Below, in pieces: positions 61,801 to 64,000 of a stretch of 64,000 nt of DNA. The translations under genes were made by a program, and so were the position numbers. The stretch comes from Lama glama (lineage: Eukaryota), in the NCBI GenBank assembly GCA_028534125.1, contig CM052816.1, positions 62,001-126,000 on the forward strand, written 5' to 3'. A model generated the notes under the pieces. That model searched no databases, had not been told where the DNA came from, and saw only the letters and a list, made by a program, of their open reading frames with translations. Position 1 is the stretch's first letter. Each line of letters starts with the position of its first letter.

Positions 61801-64000
61801 GGGGGCCTAAGTGGCAGCTAAGCAGTAAGAAGCATAAACCCTGCCAGGTGTGGCCAAATCTTGGGTGTCCTCAGGCCCCAGGCCCCTCCTGGCCCCTCGC
61901 CAGCCCCAGAGCCTCCTCGCTCACACCCCCAACCTTCCCACCCCAGCCGTGGCTAGTTACTCAAGGCTCTTGCTCAGCCTCTAGGCCCCTTACCAGCTGA
62001 CACTGAGAGCTGGGCCGGGAGTTCTGTGCACCCATTTATCCTTGTGCAGTTATAGAGCGCCAACAGTGTGTGGCCCTCCTCTCTGGGCTCACAGTCTAGG
62101 AGCCTGGCTGGGCATGGGGAGGACAGCAGGGGGCCTGGCCACCCTGGTGACCACCCCTCCCTCCCTCCTACAGTCCCTTGGAGAAGGTCTGGGGGCCAGG
62201 GCTGGAGCAGGCAGAGACACTCACCCTCCTGGTCCCCCTCTGTCCTGATGTACTGGCTGCGGGCTGCCTCTGTTTTCTTCTCCGCCTTCTGCACTCCAGG
62301 TGCACCCACACTTCCCCTGCTGGACCCCACTCAGGGTGGGCCTGGTCCAGTCTTGGGCCCGCCTCGGCCCTCCTGGCCATCTCTGCTCCCCCGAGCTGGA
62401 GGAGGATGACCTCACCCCACCAGAATGCGGCAGCACGCAGTATTTACATAAACACTACCCCCCTGCCCCTGGCCCTGGAGCTGGAGTGTGGAAAAGCAGG
62501 CCGGCAATCTGTGGAGCTTCTCAGCCTCCCACCCACTCTGAGCTCCAGGCAGCCAGCCCAAACCACTGTCCCTCTCTGAAGTTGCTTCTCAGGCTGTAAG
62601 TGGGGCCGACTAGGTTCCCCCCCTTGCACAAGCCCAGCCCAGCTGGAGAGGCACCCCGATGGGCAGAATGCCAGGATTCCCACTGGTCACCCTCGCTCTC
62701 CTCCAGGGCCAGCCCACCCTGACCCCAGAAAGGCCCCCTCTCCCTGCAGGCTATCCTTGAGGGCCAGACAGACCCACCCCACTAAGAAAAGATATGTTCT
62801 CACTCAGACAAGCATGTTGGCCCGGGGCAGGCAGTCCAGGAAGGCTGCAGAAGGCGGCACCAGCCTTGAGTCTTCTGTGATGGGATTTTGCCAAGCAGAT
62901 GAGAGGGTGAGGAAGGTTCAGGCAGAATTCACAGGCCCTGAAGAGGTGCAGGCCACAGGAAAGGAGGGTACTGGCCACCAGGACCAGAGTACCAGGGCAG
63001 GCCTTAGGCTCCAGCTGGTTTTGGCCCCAGGCTGACCCATGGGGGAAGTGACAGCATTTGGAGCCTTGGGGAGAAGACTGGGTGGGGAGAAATTGTGGGA
63101 ACCACCCTCACAGGTGCACGTGGCCTGGGAGACTGGTGATGTGGGAGGGGCTGCCCAGGCGAGAAGACGGGTGAGCCTAGCCGGCGGACTCGTCATCCCA
63201 GCATCCCCAAGGAAAGGAAGAAGACAGTCAGAGCGGGGAGAGGGGGATGGACGTCCCCCGCCCTGCGACTGCTCCCCTTTGCTGGCACTTCCCGGCCACC
63301 ATCCAGATCGGGACCCTTCTAGGATCTCACAGCACGTCACTCATCAGTTCCAAGCTGGTTCCTCTGCTCACTGGTTGCCATGACATTCGATGCGGATGTT
63401 GGAGGGGGCATCTCTGGGTGTTCCTCGCTGACACCACTCACCTGCGGTGGGGAGACCTGCGGGCCAGTCTGGGCCTGGGGGCTGAAGAGCAGAGGCATCC
63501 TCCGTCTTAAGCCTGGGTGGGCGGGGCCTTATGCTTAGCCAGCCCTTTGGTCCTCAGTTTCTCTACTCATGCACCAAGAAGGTTGGGAAAAACCCTCCTG
63601 CAGATCCAAGGCCAGGTGGGTAGGTAGAGGGCTCTCTTTGTCCTGGAATCCACAGAGGTGCTCTGAGGCAGGAGTCTTGGGCAGAAGTTGGAAGGGGAGC
63701 CATCATCGCAGCCCCTGCCCTACACAACCTAAGGGAGCAAGACCCTCCCCCCGCCACCAGGGCTTCAGGAGCAGGGCAGCTGGGGCTGGGGGCATAGGGG
63801 ACCTGAGGCTTTATGGAGCACTTGGAGGTCAGTCCTACCCCACCCACCCTCCACCTCCCCCAAGCCTCTGGGGTCTCGGATGCCACCCGGGAGATGTACA
63901 GATTCAGGAAAAGCTAGCTTCAGAGAACACAGCCTGTCCTTAGGTCTGGGGACGTGCCCATTCCCTGGGTCTGGGGGACATGGCCCTCCCTGCACTGGGG

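Noticed and set aside
40000..64000. Many 60-230 aa ORFs; possible WNT9A exons
   Set aside because: Stop codons are rare in GC-rich DNA. I found no Wnt cysteine pattern or other known domain on either strand.

Overview
Mammalian genomic DNA, most likely a camelid: three young L1 3' ends resemble alpaca/camel L1 as I recall it, and I saw no Alu, B1 or Bov-type SINEs. The only protein-coding sequence I can support is the last two coding exons of a chymotrypsin-fold serine protease on the + strand, matching PRSS38 (12746-12888 and 13261-13515, catalytic GDSGG intact, hydrophobic C-terminal tail). The His/Asp-bearing exons are not visible, so 1-12745 is probably a long intron. Positions 1-39 kb are AT-rich and packed with decayed L1s, an ERV-L internal region with an LTR16-like LTR, MaLR LTRs, two ERV1-type LTRs and two 500-N gaps. 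From about 40 kb to the end the DNA is GC-rich and essentially L1-free, with MIR/L2 relics, simple repeats and short AT-rich islands dense in developmental transcription-factor motifs. By recalled human synteny this would be the interval towards WNT9A, but no WNT9A coding sequence is in the window. I found no evidence of a clearly new biological system. The best leads are a 6-copy ~71-bp tandem amplification of an L1 RT motif, a 29-nt templated insertion inside an L1, an unusual S1 pocket in the protease, candidate downstream exons that could make an NMD-sensitive isoform, and HOX/PBX/MEIS and AP-1 enhancer candidates. Repeat boundaries and family names are by eye and approximate.
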